64,000 nucleotides of DNA from an uncultured bacterium (lineage in GTDB: Bacteria > Acidobacteriota > HRBIN11 > JAKEFK01), in NCBI GenBank assembly GCA_963777505.1, contig CAVZQN010000006.1, positions 288,001 to 352,000 of the forward strand, written 5' to 3'. Under the pieces are notes generated by a model. It was not told where the DNA came from and searched no databases. It saw nothing but the letters and a program-made list of their open reading frames with translations. A program made the position numbers and the translations under genes. Shown piece after piece: positions 1 to 10,528 of the stretch. Numbering within the stretch: the first letter of the stretch is position 1; each line of letters opens with the position of its first letter.

Positions 1-1844
1 AGCAGGCGAAAAACGGCAATTGACATCGCATGCATCTAAGGATGGCGGGCCGTTATGGTCTCCGGACGGCAAAACAATTTTGTTTCTTAGCAAACGGGAA
101 GGTGATGATAACGCACAAATTTATCTGATCTCCCCTTCCGGCGGCGAAGCAAGACGTCTGACAAAAATTCCAACAGGTGTCGCATCTCCAAAATGGTTTC
201 CAAATAGTAAACAGGTCGCATTTATTTCATGGGTGTGGCCTGATTTGAAAACGGATGAAGAACAGGCAGCACGATCAAAAGAACGCAAAGAAGCGAAGGT
301 AAAAGCACACATCATTGATACAACCAATTATCGATACTGGGATCACTGGCTCGCAGATGGACGCCGCGCACATTTGTTCGTTGTAGATATTGAAACTGGA
401 AAACATCGCGATTTGTTTCTAGATACTGACTATTATTTTTACTGGTACGAAAACTCAACCGATCTTTCATCAAACCACTACGACATTTCTCCTGATGGTA
501 AAGAAGTTGCCTTCGTAGTCGACTCTACTCCTGATCCTGGTCAGGATCCAAACGCAGACATTGTCACATTGCCGGTTGAAGGTGGGAAAGGCACAAACGT
601 CACCGCGGAAAACAAAGCATCCGATTCCAATCCTGTTTATTCTCCCGATGGTAAATGGCTCGCATATACAAAACAAAGTATTCTGCGTTTCTATGGTGAT
701 CGTGAACGCGTGGTGCTTCATGATCGAAAATCAGCAACGAATAAAGTACTAACAGAGAAGTGGGATCGATCGGCTGGTTCACCTATATGGCATCCTGATA
801 GTCAACGATTGTATTTCACTGCAGAAGATCGAGCGAGAGTCCCAATCTTCGAGTTGAATATTTCGGACGGTTCTCCACAAATGATTACATCTCAAAATGG
901 AACCGTTTCTTCCTTCGATATCAGCGCCGACGGAAAAACTCTGGCGTATGTTCGTAGCTCAATCAGCGTGCCAGGAAGTCTTTTTGCAGCAAATACTGAT
1001 GGCAAAAATGAAAGAAAAGTTGAAACGTTTAACGATCAGCTTGTAAATAATTGGAAGCTTGGTGAAGTCAAAGAAATGACTTACAAAGGTTGGAACGATG
1101 AGCCCGTTCAAATGTGGGTGATTCATCCACCCGATTTTGATCCAAAGAAAAAATGGCCGCTGCTTCATGTGATCCATGGAGGTCCACATGCCGCAACGTT
1201 GGATCAATTTCATTACCGGTGGAACCTTCAGCTTTTTGCAAGCCGCGGGTTCGTTGTTTCCGGGGTGAATTTTCATGGCTCAACAGGTTTTGGTGAGAAA
1301 TTTACAGATGCAAACACAGGACAGTACGGCTTGAAGGAATTTGCAGATGTAGAAAAAGGAACCGATGCATTGCTTGCCACAGGTTATATCGATGAAAATC
1401 GATTAACTGCTTCTGGTGGTAGTTTCGGCGGTTACATGGTTGCCTGGATCAATGGTCATACCAATCGGTATAAAGCGCTCGTTTGCCACGCAGGCGTTTA
1501 TAACTGGATTTCTCAAATGGCGTCGGATATTTTAGTTGGACGTGATCGAGCACTGGGTGCATTTCATTGGGATAATCCTGAAAAGGTAGCCGCACAATCC
1601 GCACATACGTTATGCAAAGAATTTCAAAACTCCAACTCTTGTCATTCATGGCGAACGTGACTTCAGAGTTCCTGTCACGCAAGGTTTTGAATATTATGGA
1701 ACGCTTCGAATGTTGGGTGTCCCAACCAGGCTTGTTTATCTGGAAGAAGAAAATCACTGGGTGTTGAAACCGCAAACTTCAAAGTTATGGCATCAAGAAT
1801 TTTTTAACTGGATTGAAAAATACGCCGCACCTGACCCTATTTAA
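1..1844 (+). CDS. S9 family peptidase (dipeptidyl aminopeptidase/acylaminoacyl peptidase) with PD40 beta-propeller; 5'-partial; one-base frameshift at ~1610
   Basis: SPDGK propeller repeats, HGGP and the GGSFGG nucleophile motif. The frame is open from the window start. After an extra T at 1610 the C-terminus continues from 1611 (YAKNFKTPTLVIHGERDFRVP...EENHWVLKP...DPI*, TAA 1842-1844) and carries the catalytic Asp and His. Confidence 0.92.
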
Positions 1845-1952
1845 TGTTAAGTGGCCTCATTATGCTACGTGTGTAATGTGTTTTATGTTACAGCTTAGTA
1901 TTGACAATTAGAAAGTGTGGTACGTGTTACAACCTTTGCCTAAATTAGTACC

Positions 1953-2966
1953 ATGCTTGAAATCGATGGTTCTTATGGCGAAGGTGGCGGACAAATTTTA
2001 CGCACATCTTTAGCACTTTCTCTTTTAACAGGCAAACCTTTTCGTATCACAAATATTCGTGCGCGAAGAAAAAATCCAGGTTTGCAAAAACAACATTTAA
2101 CAGCTGTAAACGCTGCCGGAACGATCAGCAATGCTGAAGTAAAAGGCGCAATAATGGGAGCTTCGGAATTTGAGTTTGCTCCTTCGGCAGTCAAAGCTGG
2201 AAATTACAATTTTTCAATTAACTCTGCAGGAAGTACCACATTAATCTTTCAAACAATATTGCCAGCATTAATGGTTGCCGATGCTCCATCCCAAATTTCA
2301 TTTGAAGGAGGAACTCATAATCCGCTTGCTCCTCCGTATGATTTTTTGAAGAAAGCATTTGTTCCTGTAATAAACAGAATGGGCCCCAAAATTGAATTGG
2401 ATTTTGATCGATATGGATTTTTCCCTGCAGGCGGAGGGCGGTGGAGCGCAAAGATTACGCCTTCAGCGAAGTTGAATGCAATTGACTGTGCTTCGCGCGG
2501 TCCGATTATGCATGTGCAGTGCAAAATTCTGACTGCCCAATTGCCAGAAGATATAGCTGTACGCGAATTAGCCGTATTGATGCAAAACGGAATCAAGCAA
2601 GAGAAATTCGAAATAGTTCGGGTCGATGAATCGAATGGTCCGGGAAATGTTGTCATGATTGAATCGAATTCCGAAAATATAACTGAATTGTTTACGGGTT
2701 TCGGTGAGCGTGGCATAAAAGCAGAATCAGTGGCGGAGCATGCGCTGCGTCAGTTTGAATCCTACAAAACAAGTGATGTGTTTGCGGGGGAATATCTTGC
2801 CGATCAATTACTTCTTCCGATGGCAATTGCAGGCGGCGGATCATTTTCTACTTTGCGGTTGAGCGGCCATTCTGTAACGAATATGCAAACCATCCAGAAA
2901 TTTCTTGATTGCAATTTCCACTTCCAGGAAGTGAAAAATAATCACGTCAACGTTAACGTAGGCTAA
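1953..2966 (+). CDS. rtcA: RNA 3'-terminal phosphate cyclase
   Basis: IDGSYGEGGGQILRTSL, GGTHNPLAPPYDF, GFFPAGGG, GEYLADQL and the catalytic His in SGHSVTN. Confidence 0.95.
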   Translation: MLEIDGSYGEGGGQILRTSLALSLLTGKPFRITNIRARRKNPGLQKQHLTAVNAAGTISNAEVKGAIMGASEFEFAPSAVKAGNYNFSINSAGSTTLIFQTILPALMVADAPSQISFEGGTHNPLAPPYDFLKKAFVPVINRMGPKIELDFDRYGFFPAGGGRWSAKITPSAKLNAIDCASRGPIMHVQCKILTAQLPEDIAVRELAVLMQNGIKQEKFEIVRVDESNGPGNVVMIESNSENITELFTGFGERGIKAESVAEHALRQFESYKTSDVFAGEYLADQLLLPMAIAGGGSFSTLRLSGHSVTNMQTIQKFLDCNFHFQEVKNNHVNVNVG

Positions 2967-2969
2967 GGT

Positions 2970-2990
2970 CTTCGCGTCTTTGCGGTAAAA
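2970..2990 (+). repeat. Copy of dispersed octamer-based intergenic motif (CTTCGCGTCTTTGCGGTAAAA)
   Basis: Near-identical copies at 22211, 42387, 15660, 28249 and 59379; fills the gap between convergent stop codons. Confidence 0.8.
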
Positions 2991-4472
2991 CTACTTGGAT
3001 GAGCGTGCTTCACGTACCATTGTTTTTACTTCTTCAAACAAGGTCGGCGCATGATAAGGAATGCCGTCTTTGATCGTCCAGAGTATTCCGCCTTTCCCGT
3101 CGCGTTGTGCATCTAAGGCAGGATGAATTCCGGACGGCATCAGGATGCTCAAATTTTCTAACGGATTTCCATTCACAATGATGAGGTCTGCTAAATATCC
3201 TGCTTTTATTCGACCAAGTTCATTTGCTTTGCCCAGAACCTTTGCGCCATTTCCTGTGGCATGTTGAATGACCTGCAGTGGATGAAAGCCGGCTTCTTGA
3301 TGAAGTTGTAATTCACGAAGGTATCCGAATCCAAACATCTGATAAATAAAACCTGCATCTTCACCGGTAGTAATTACGCCTCCCATTCGTTCAAAGTCGC
3401 GGAGGGCTTGCATCCAGATCGAATAATTTTCCCGCCAGTAAACTTCATCTGTTGTTGTCCAGCCATAAAAATACGATCCATGATTTTCTGGATTCGGTGC
3501 GAAAAATTGTTCCAGGGTTGGATGCAGAAAATCTTTAAACCATGGTTGTGTAATGGCGCGTTGTAAATCACGGGAAGCTTCATAAATACATAATGTCGGA
3601 TCCCATGCGACATTTGCTTCAACCAGCCGCTTTAACACACTCTGAAGTTTTTCTGGATTGGCTTCGCGCCAGAGTCGTCCTGCATACCGGAAACGATGAA
3701 GTTCGTTGTTGTAATTAAATTCTGGTGGAAAACTTTGGACGGCATCCAGTGCTGCATCAGGCACTCCATACCAATGTTCAATCGTGGTTGTCCCGCCATC
3801 CGCATCATCCCATGCATTGGCATCTTTTACGCCGACGTGATGCGCAATTTTCAAGCCTTGTTTTTTGGCCTCATCAGCCATGATGCGAAAATCGTCGCGA
3901 TCCAAGTGATGGATTTTCACCCCATCAGCACCCTTCTTTTTGAGGTCCCGGATATTTGCGCGAATTTCGGCCTCATTTTTTCCACCCGGAAACCACATGT
4001 ATAAAAGGAGACGTGGAGCTACGATAGTATTCGTAGATGATTTTTCTCGTTCTTTTATCGCCTTTGGAATCTCACTGCCAACATCCCGGTGAGTCGTTAT
4101 TCCTGAACCAAGCCATAAGTTGTATTGATACTGAAATGGCATCGGCTTTCCGGCTCTTTCATCTTGCAAGTGTCCATGCATGTTAATAAGGCCGGGAAGG
4201 ACATATTTATCGGAAGCATCAATGATAACGGTTGCTTCTTTTCTGTAATCGGCACTCGGATTGGATGTCGTTACTTCATCGATTTTATTTCCACGAATGA
4301 CGATATCCATCGGGCCTTCTGCTGGAGTTCCGACACCATCGACAACTGTGGCCTGAATAATCACAATGACATCCGATTTTTTCCCGTGTTGTGGGTCTTT
4401 ATTCTGAGCAAACAACAGTGAAGGAATGAGAAGGAATGGTACAAGCAATAAAAAGCGATAATGTGTGTTCAT
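2991..4472 (-). CDS. Secreted amidohydrolase family protein
   Basis: Signal peptide, LPGLINMHGH metal motif, TIEH, GRIKAGYLADLIIVNGNP. Confidence 0.88.
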   Translation of the reverse strand: MNTHYRFLLLVPFLLIPSLLFAQNKDPQHGKKSDVIVIIQATVVDGVGTPAEGPMDIVIRGNKIDEVTTSNPSADYRKEATVIIDASDKYVLPGLINMHGHLQDERAGKPMPFQYQYNLWLGSGITTHRDVGSEIPKAIKEREKSSTNTIVAPRLLLYMWFPGGKNEAEIRANIRDLKKKGADGVKIHHLDRDDFRIMADEAKKQGLKIAHHVGVKDANAWDDADGGTTTIEHWYGVPDAALDAVQSFPPEFNYNNELHRFRYAGRLWREANPEKLQSVLKRLVEANVAWDPTLCIYEASRDLQRAITQPWFKDFLHPTLEQFFAPNPENHGSYFYGWTTTDEVYWRENYSIWMQALRDFERMGGVITTGEDAGFIYQMFGFGYLRELQLHQEAGFHPLQVIQHATGNGAKVLGKANELGRIKAGYLADLIIVNGNPLENLSILMPSGIHPALDAQRDGKGGILWTIKDGIPYHAPTLFEEVKTMVREARSSK

Positions 4473-4562
4473 CAGCGCGTATTATAAACCGCAAAGTTAC
4501 AAACACTATAGTGGTTTACTCAAAGGCGCCGCTCACTCCATTAAAGGTTTGACTAATGGTTT

Positions 4563-5156
4563 TTAAAGGCCAGGATCTTCTGCAAATTGGACCGTAATTT
4601 CTTTCATGGAATTGGCAGGAATCTCGATTTCACGTACTTCAGATTGGTACCCTGGCAGACGGAGTTCGAGTTTATGTTTGCCTTTGATTATGTACTGATT
4701 TTCGATATTGGTTGATCCGAAGTTGCGTCCATCTAAGAAAACGGATGCGCCCGGCGGTGTACTGAGTATTGTCAGCATTGCGAGATTGTCGCGCTTAACG
4801 ACATCCAATAAATTCACGATCTTTTTGGAAACAAGTTCTTCGTTCATTTGATAATCCGGGTTCCATTCAAGTAACTTTAAGAAAGCTGTTTTTGCACTTG
4901 ATTGATCATTGTTATTAAACTGCGCCTGCCCCAGCATGTCACAGCTTCTGGTGAGAAATCCGATTTCTGTCTCATTGAGTCCCTCTTGCTTTGCTTTTGT
5001 TTCCAAATTCAAGATGAACTTTTCGAACATTGGAATGGATTCTGTTTGGTCAGGCGAATTAAACTTCGCTTGAGCCTCTTCAAATTGGACAGAATAGTCC
5101 GCGGCAAAAGACCAGGTAAAAACGAATAACAAAAGTGTTATGAGAATTCTTTTCAT
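4563..5156 (-). CDS. Secreted TPR + PEGA domain protein
   Basis: Signal peptide (MKRILITLLL...SFA), TPR-like helices, PEGA motif STPPGASVFLDGRNFGST...LPGY. Confidence 0.75.
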   Translation of the reverse strand: MKRILITLLLFVFTWSFAADYSVQFEEAQAKFNSPDQTESIPMFEKFILNLETKAKQEGLNETEIGFLTRSCDMLGQAQFNNNDQSSAKTAFLKLLEWNPDYQMNEELVSKKIVNLLDVVKRDNLAMLTILSTPPGASVFLDGRNFGSTNIENQYIIKGKHKLELRLPGYQSEVREIEIPANSMKEITVQFAEDPGL

Positions 5157-5414
5157 TGGCGCCAATCGCATTCAATATTTAATTTCTGCCGGTGATGGCT
5201 CCTTTAGGCCCTATTGTACCCATCCTTTTTAGATCTTCTTTAGCGGCCACTATAATCCAGAATATGCACAAACACACGATATATGCATTGTTCTTTTTCC
5301 TGGTATTTTCAAGTTTCATTTTTTGCCAAGGACATAGCAACATCTCTTACATGGGAGAAGTTTATCGGAGAAAATAGTTTTTAAAGTCCTCAGTCACGCA
5401 CTATTATTAAGGAC

Positions 5415-6113
5415 ATGCAACTCAAAGGAAAAACAACGCTGGTCACAGGCGCGAATCGAGGAATCGGCTTCGAAGTTTGCCGACAACTCGGGAAAGAAGG
5501 CGCTATGATCCTGATGGGAGTGCGGGATCTTGATGGCGCTTCCAAGAGCCTCAAACAACTGATTGACGAAGGAATTGCCGCTTCTCTTGTGCAAATTGAT
5601 GTTTCGGATTTGAACTCCGTTCATAACTTTTTGAAAACCAACACAGGACAAATCGATATCCTGGTCAACAATGCCGCAATCTTGGATCGTGCACCGAATT
5701 TACTTTCGGTGGAAGATCGTGAATTCGAGACTGTGATCAGAACAAATCTTATTGGAGCAGCTATTCTGGCAAAGAATTTAGCGGTTCAAATGAAGAAGCG
5801 TCGATGGGGACGCATCGTAAATGTATCTTCAGGAATGAGTTCGTTAGTGCGAGGATTTGGTGCAGACTCGCCTGCATACCGTGTTTCCAAGCTTGCGTTA
5901 AATGGTGTAAGCATTTCCCTTGCACAAGCACTGAAAGGAAGCGGTGTTCTTGTGAATTCTGTTGATCCTGGTTGGGTAAGGACGGAGATGGGTGGAAAAT
6001 CAGCTTCACGATCAGTCGAAGAAGGCGCTAAATCTGTTGTATGGGCGGCATTGCTATCCGATGACGGGCCTACCGGGGGATTTTTCTACGACGGTAGACC
6101 TGCCGAATTGTAG
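5415..6113 (+). CDS. SDR family oxidoreductase (carbonyl reductase-like)
   Basis: TGANRGIG, LVNNAA, YRVSK, VDPGWVRTEMGG. Confidence 0.92.
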   Translation: MQLKGKTTLVTGANRGIGFEVCRQLGKEGAMILMGVRDLDGASKSLKQLIDEGIAASLVQIDVSDLNSVHNFLKTNTGQIDILVNNAAILDRAPNLLSVEDREFETVIRTNLIGAAILAKNLAVQMKKRRWGRIVNVSSGMSSLVRGFGADSPAYRVSKLALNGVSISLAQALKGSGVLVNSVDPGWVRTEMGGKSASRSVEEGAKSVVWAALLSDDGPTGGFFYDGRPAEL

Positions 6114-6121
6114 CTTACAAT

Positions 6122-7498
6122 ATGACCGTGTTAAATCTTCGAGAAATTCTTGCTGAATGCGCTCAACAACGCGAAGAGTATGAAACTCTTCTTCGTGAGT
6201 TGGTGGAAATTCCATCAATTTCAAGTGATCCGGAACGGGAACCGGATGTACATCGTGCGGCTGTACGCGCCGCTGAACTGATTGGAAAATTTGGTGGCAC
6301 CTCATCAATCATTCATTCAAATACGAATGTTCCTTTTGTTCACGGTTCGTTTTTCTCTTCTTCGAAAAAACATCCAATCGTCTCGGTTTATAACCATCTT
6401 GATGTTATTCCCGCTTCAAAAGAAACGGAACCTTGGAAAACTGAGCCTTTTGTTTTTTCCAAACAAGGTGACAGGTATTTTGGACGCGGTACAACAGATG
6501 ATAAAGGACCTGCCTTAGTTGCTTTATTTAGCGCGCGACTGGCGCAGAAAATGGGAATTCCAATCAACATTCAATTATTGTGGGAATGTGAAGAAGAAGT
6601 TGGTTCCCAGAATTTTTCTGAAATTCTGCAAAAGGCAGGCAAAGCTGCAAAAACTGATTCGGTAGTCATTTCAGATACGATGTGGTTGTCACGCAAAAGA
6701 CCCACGATTACTGCAGGCCTCCGTGGTTTTGTCGGACTCCGCTTGCAATTGGAAACCGCAACATCAGATCAGCATTCCGGCGATGTTGGCGGAGCGGCCA
6801 GGAATCCGCTGGGAGAGCTTATGGGGCTCGTTTCGGAAATTTATGATCCACGTAGCGGACATGTGAAGATTCCGGGATTCTATAAGGATGTCATTGCACC
6901 AACAAAAAATGAATTGCGCGATTTCGTCCGCTCCGGCTTTACTTCATCGTGGTTTAAGAAGACTTACAAATTCAAATCGATGCGTACGAAAGATTCGCTC
7001 GAAATTATGAAAAGAATTTGGGCGGAGCCGACTTTTGAAATTCATGGAGTCAGCGGCGGTTATAGTGGACCAGGACTAAAATCGATCGTACCTCCTAGTG
7101 CTGAAATAAAAACTTCATTCCGTCTCGCGCCTGGACAAGATTCGGAAAAAGTTGCGCGAATGGTCCGCGATTTTGTTCGTAAGAAAAATCCCGATGTAAA
7201 AGTAATTATTCATAAAGGCTCCGGGGCATACTTAACTAAAACAACCGGACCTCTCGCAGATGCGGCAAAAAAATCTATCAAGTTTGCTTTCGGAAAAGAA
7301 CCTGTGTTTGTTCGTGAAGGCGGATCAATCGGCTCCCTTATTTCAATACAGAAGATTTTGAAATGCCCTGTGATGTTTTTAGGACTTTCACTTCCGGAAC
7401 ATGGTTATCACGCTCCTAATGAAAACTTTGATTGGCATCAAGCATCTCGCGGTATAGCTGCATTCCTGTACTATTTTGATCAGCTCAGCAAACTTTAG
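6122..7498 (+). CDS. M20/M25/M40 family metallopeptidase (dipeptidase)
   Basis: YNHLDV, GRGTTDDKG, EEEVGS, HAPNE. Confidence 0.9.
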   Translation: MTVLNLREILAECAQQREEYETLLRELVEIPSISSDPEREPDVHRAAVRAAELIGKFGGTSSIIHSNTNVPFVHGSFFSSSKKHPIVSVYNHLDVIPASKETEPWKTEPFVFSKQGDRYFGRGTTDDKGPALVALFSARLAQKMGIPINIQLLWECEEEVGSQNFSEILQKAGKAAKTDSVVISDTMWLSRKRPTITAGLRGFVGLRLQLETATSDQHSGDVGGAARNPLGELMGLVSEIYDPRSGHVKIPGFYKDVIAPTKNELRDFVRSGFTSSWFKKTYKFKSMRTKDSLEIMKRIWAEPTFEIHGVSGGYSGPGLKSIVPPSAEIKTSFRLAPGQDSEKVARMVRDFVRKKNPDVKVIIHKGSGAYLTKTTGPLADAAKKSIKFAFGKEPVFVREGGSIGSLISIQKILKCPVMFLGLSLPEHGYHAPNENFDWHQASRGIAAFLYYFDQLSKL

Positions 7499-7500
7499 TT

Positions 7501-7524
7501 GTAGGGGCGGGTCTAAGACCGCCC
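7501..7524 (+). repeat. GTAG-type REP hairpin
   Basis: GTAG-GGGCGG-gtctaaga-CCGCCC just after a stop codon; related to 62963-62987. Confidence 0.6.
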
Positions 7525-7608
7525 GTATTGACTGGCATGCCCGTCAAGATTAAAAGTGGTACTTTTCAAATGTAATAATCAAAGATACAGTTTGTTCAGG
7601 AGGACTTT

Positions 7609-8025
7609 ATGCCTATCACATCGCAATTTTCATTAGTGTTAGAAGTGCCGGCCGCTGAACCCGAAGAAGCTTCGCGCCATTTCGCTTCCAAGCTTTCCGT
7701 TGAAACAGATCCATCAGATGTGATGCTTGATTTGCAACGCGGACAAGATGGCTTCGTAATCTTAGATGTTCGTCCAAGTGATGATTACGAAGATGGACAC
7801 ATTGAAGGTGCAGTTCATATTCCGTATCGCCAAATCAACGCAGAAACGAGCAAACAATTACCGAAGGATAAAGTAATTGTCACCTATTGCTGGGGACCCG
7901 GTTGTAATGCTTCAACGAAAGGAGCATTGCGCCTAGCTTCACTTGGATTCCGGGTGAAAGAAATGATCGGAGGCCTCGAATATTGGAAACGTGACGGCGG
8001 TAAAATAGTCGGAAAATCAGCCTGA
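7609..8025 (+). CDS. Rhodanese-like domain protein
   Basis: ILDVR...GHIEGA, active-site VTYCWGPGCN, AGGAGG ribosome-binding site. Confidence 0.9.
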   Translation: MPITSQFSLVLEVPAAEPEEASRHFASKLSVETDPSDVMLDLQRGQDGFVILDVRPSDDYEDGHIEGAVHIPYRQINAETSKQLPKDKVIVTYCWGPGCNASTKGALRLASLGFRVKEMIGGLEYWKRDGGKIVGKSA

Positions 8026-8030
8026 TCCGG

Positions 8031-8243
8031 TTACGATTTTCGTGAGCCGGCAACCAGAACGACAATTCCGCCTACAAGTAACAGTCCTCCAAGAACCGGC
8101 GGCAATGGAATCGTCTTCTTTTCTTCTTTTGTGGCTTCCAGCGGACCGATATCGATTATCTTTTCTTTTTTCGTAAACGTAATTCCCTGGTACACAAAAG
8201 AAAGTATCCCCAGGACAATCAGGATGACACCAAGTATCTTCAT
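8031..8243 (-). CDS. Small two-TM membrane protein (DUF3185-like), 70 aa
   Basis: ATG at 8243 with GGAGG upstream; MKILGVILIVLG...IIDIGPLEAT...IPLPPVLGGLLLVGG. The longer ORF call runs into the tRNA. Confidence 0.75.
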   Translation of the reverse strand: MKILGVILIVLGILSFVYQGITFTKKEKIIDIGPLEATKEEKKTIPLPPVLGGLLLVGGIVVLVAGSRKS

Positions 8244-8354
8244 ACTCCCTCCAAATATTGATGCTTCATTTATAGCCAATGACTCGAAGGAATTCTGTCG
8301 TGGGCGAAAGTCATTTGACGTCACACAGAATGTGACAGGTAGAAGGAAGGGAAG

Positions 8355-8427
<73 letters not shown>

Positions 8428-8502
8428 ATTCGGTGTTTTAGGGAAATAGATTATATCGATTCAAAGAACAAAGCGAAAGGCAAACTGTTTCCGTTGCCAC
8501 CC

Positions 8503-8578
8503 GCAGGGGAGCAGGGGAGCAGGGGGAGAAGGGGAGCAGAAAGTACGAATAACGAATAGCGATTTACGAATTACGAAT
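8503..8578. repeat. Short tandem repeats: GCAGGGGA octamer (~4 copies) followed by TACGAAT heptamer (5 copies)
   Basis: gcagggga gcagggga gcaggggga gaagggga gcag; tacgaat aacgaat agcgatt tacgaat tacgaat. Confidence 0.85.
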
Positions 8579-8586
8579 GAAACTAG

Positions 8587-10497
8587 TTAGGTTTGCTTTG
8601 GGTTGACGGCGTCTTCGTTAATCCAAATTTCTTTTTCGTATTTCTTGCGCAACATCGCTCGATAACCCTGCAAAAATGTATTTTGTTTCGTTGAAATTAA
8701 TTGATCCCTGACTCCATTCTTATCTTTTGCATATTCGGCAGGATTAAATTCCTTCTTTTCCTTCAATTGAAATACGACCACATCCTTTCCCGCTTTCATC
8801 GGCTGACTGATTTCGCCAGGCTTCATCGAAAAAGCTTTCTCATTGACTTCTTTCGCTTGACCAAGATCGCTGATGTAACCTTCTTTCGTAAATTCATCGC
8901 TTGTTTTCAGCGAAAGATTTGCTTTTTCAGCAGCAGCTTTCAAATCGGTTGAAGCTCCAACGCTTTCAAAGAACTTGCGTGCTTCTTCAGTGGCTATCTC
9001 AGTAGCTTTCAATTCTTTATACTTCTCAGTCACCTTGGCTTGCACTTTTTCGAACGGATCAATTTGAGTTGACCGCGTATCCTGTAATTGAATGATTGCA
9101 AGATCCTGAAAGACATTCACTGGTTCACTGATGTCCCCTTTCTTTAACTCGAACGCTTTATTTCTGAAAGCCGGACTTAACCCTGGAATGTCTTGATCGA
9201 TTGAAAAGAAATCAGTTGTTTTCAATTCAACGAGCTGTATCTTTGCGATCTCCGCCAGTGATTTTTTGTTCTTGGTAATTTCTTCATGAAGTTTCTTGGC
9301 CTGTTCTTGCGCATTTTTGATCGCTTGCGGCTGAGACAATTCACGATAGATTTGGTCCTTTACAAGCGCAAAATCCATTTGATATGCAGGTTGTTTACCG
9401 AGTGTTTGAATAATGTGATATCCGAATTGCGTTTTTACAGGATCGCTAATTTGATTTGGCTGAAGGGTGAATGCAGCTTTTTCGAACTCAGCTACCATAC
9501 TTCCACGGCCAAAAAATCCGAGGTCACCGCCCTTCTCTTTTGAGCCGGGATCATCCGAATATTCCGCGGCAAGTGCTGCAAAATCAGCCCCTCCACGAAG
9601 TTTTGTAACAAGCTCTTGTGCTTGTTGTAATACTGCAGCTTCATCTTTTCCTTCTGTTTTCAACAGAATATGACGTGCTTTCACTTGTTCAGGTTTGGAA
9701 AACCGAGCTTTGTTTTGATCGTAAAATTCTCGGAGCTTTGGTTCTGATATCTGAACTTTGTTCTTTTCAGACTGATGAGAGATCCACAGATATTGAACTT
9801 TTCTCTGCTCACCCGTTTGAAAATCATTTTTGTGCGAGTCGTAATAGGCACGAAGTTCTTCCGTTGTAGGCTGCACATCTTTCAACTTCGGAGCTACTTC
9901 AAATTTAACAAAATCGATTTTGGCGGTCAGATTCTGTTTGCGATATTGATCTTCAATTTCTTTTTCGCTGACCAGCATGCCTGCAGTCAGTACTTCATAG
10001 AATTTTGAGACCATGATATCTTCCTGAACCGCGTTTTCAAATGATTTCACATCCATACGAAACGCAGCATCAACGATCCGTTCATATTCCTGCATTCCAA
10101 CGAATTGTCCATTTCGTTTCAGGAATTCATATTGCATGATTTGCTTTGATGCTTCTTCATCACTTACCGTAATTCCAGCTTTTTTAGCTTCGCGAAGCAT
10201 TAATTCCTGATCGACCAGTCCTTGTATTGCCTGCTGCCGAAAGAAAGCGAGAATCTGAGGACTGACTTCACCGCCACCCTGACTGTACATCTGTTCTTGC
10301 TGACGGCGAATGTTTTGATACGCATTCTGAAATTCAATAAGGCTGATTTTTTCTTTACCAACTGAAGCCATGTGCAGGGAAGGATTGTTTTGGTTCATGT
10401 CTGCAAAATTGCCTGCATAAAACGCAATGAAGACAATGACAACAGTCCACAACACAATTTTGATTAAAGTTTTTCGGGAACGAATGCTATCTAACAT
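8587..10497 (-). CDS. ppiD: PpiD/SurA family periplasmic chaperone, parvulin PPIase
   Basis: N-terminal TM, SurA-N region, [31 protein letters not shown]. Confidence 0.85.
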   Translation of the reverse strand: MLDSIRSRKTLIKIVLWTVVIVFIAFYAGNFADMNQNNPSLHMASVGKEKISLIEFQNAYQNIRRQQEQMYSQGGGEVSPQILAFFRQQAIQGLVDQELMLREAKKAGITVSDEEASKQIMQYEFLKRNGQFVGMQEYERIVDAAFRMDVKSFENAVQEDIMVSKFYEVLTAGMLVSEKEIEDQYRKQNLTAKIDFVKFEVAPKLKDVQPTTEELRAYYDSHKNDFQTGEQRKVQYLWISHQSEKNKVQISEPKLREFYDQNKARFSKPEQVKARHILLKTEGKDEAAVLQQAQELVTKLRGGADFAALAAEYSDDPGSKEKGGDLGFFGRGSMVAEFEKAAFTLQPNQISDPVKTQFGYHIIQTLGKQPAYQMDFALVKDQIYRELSQPQAIKNAQEQAKKLHEEITKNKKSLAEIAKIQLVELKTTDFFSIDQDIPGLSPAFRNKAFELKKGDISEPVNVFQDLAIIQLQDTRSTQIDPFEKVQAKVTEKYKELKATEIATEEARKFFESVGASTDLKAAAEKANLSLKTSDEFTKEGYISDLGQAKEVNEKAFSMKPGEISQPMKAGKDVVVFQLKEKKEFNPAEYAKDKNGVRDQLISTKQNTFLQGYRAMLRKKYEKEIWINEDAVNPKQT

Positions 10498-10528
10498 ACA
10501 ATCTTCCTAAGCTCCAATTTATTTTCTA

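Noticed and set aside
4503-4516. CACTATAGTG palindrome as an NrdR box
   Set aside because: Only 10 bp with the wrong spacing, and no partner site
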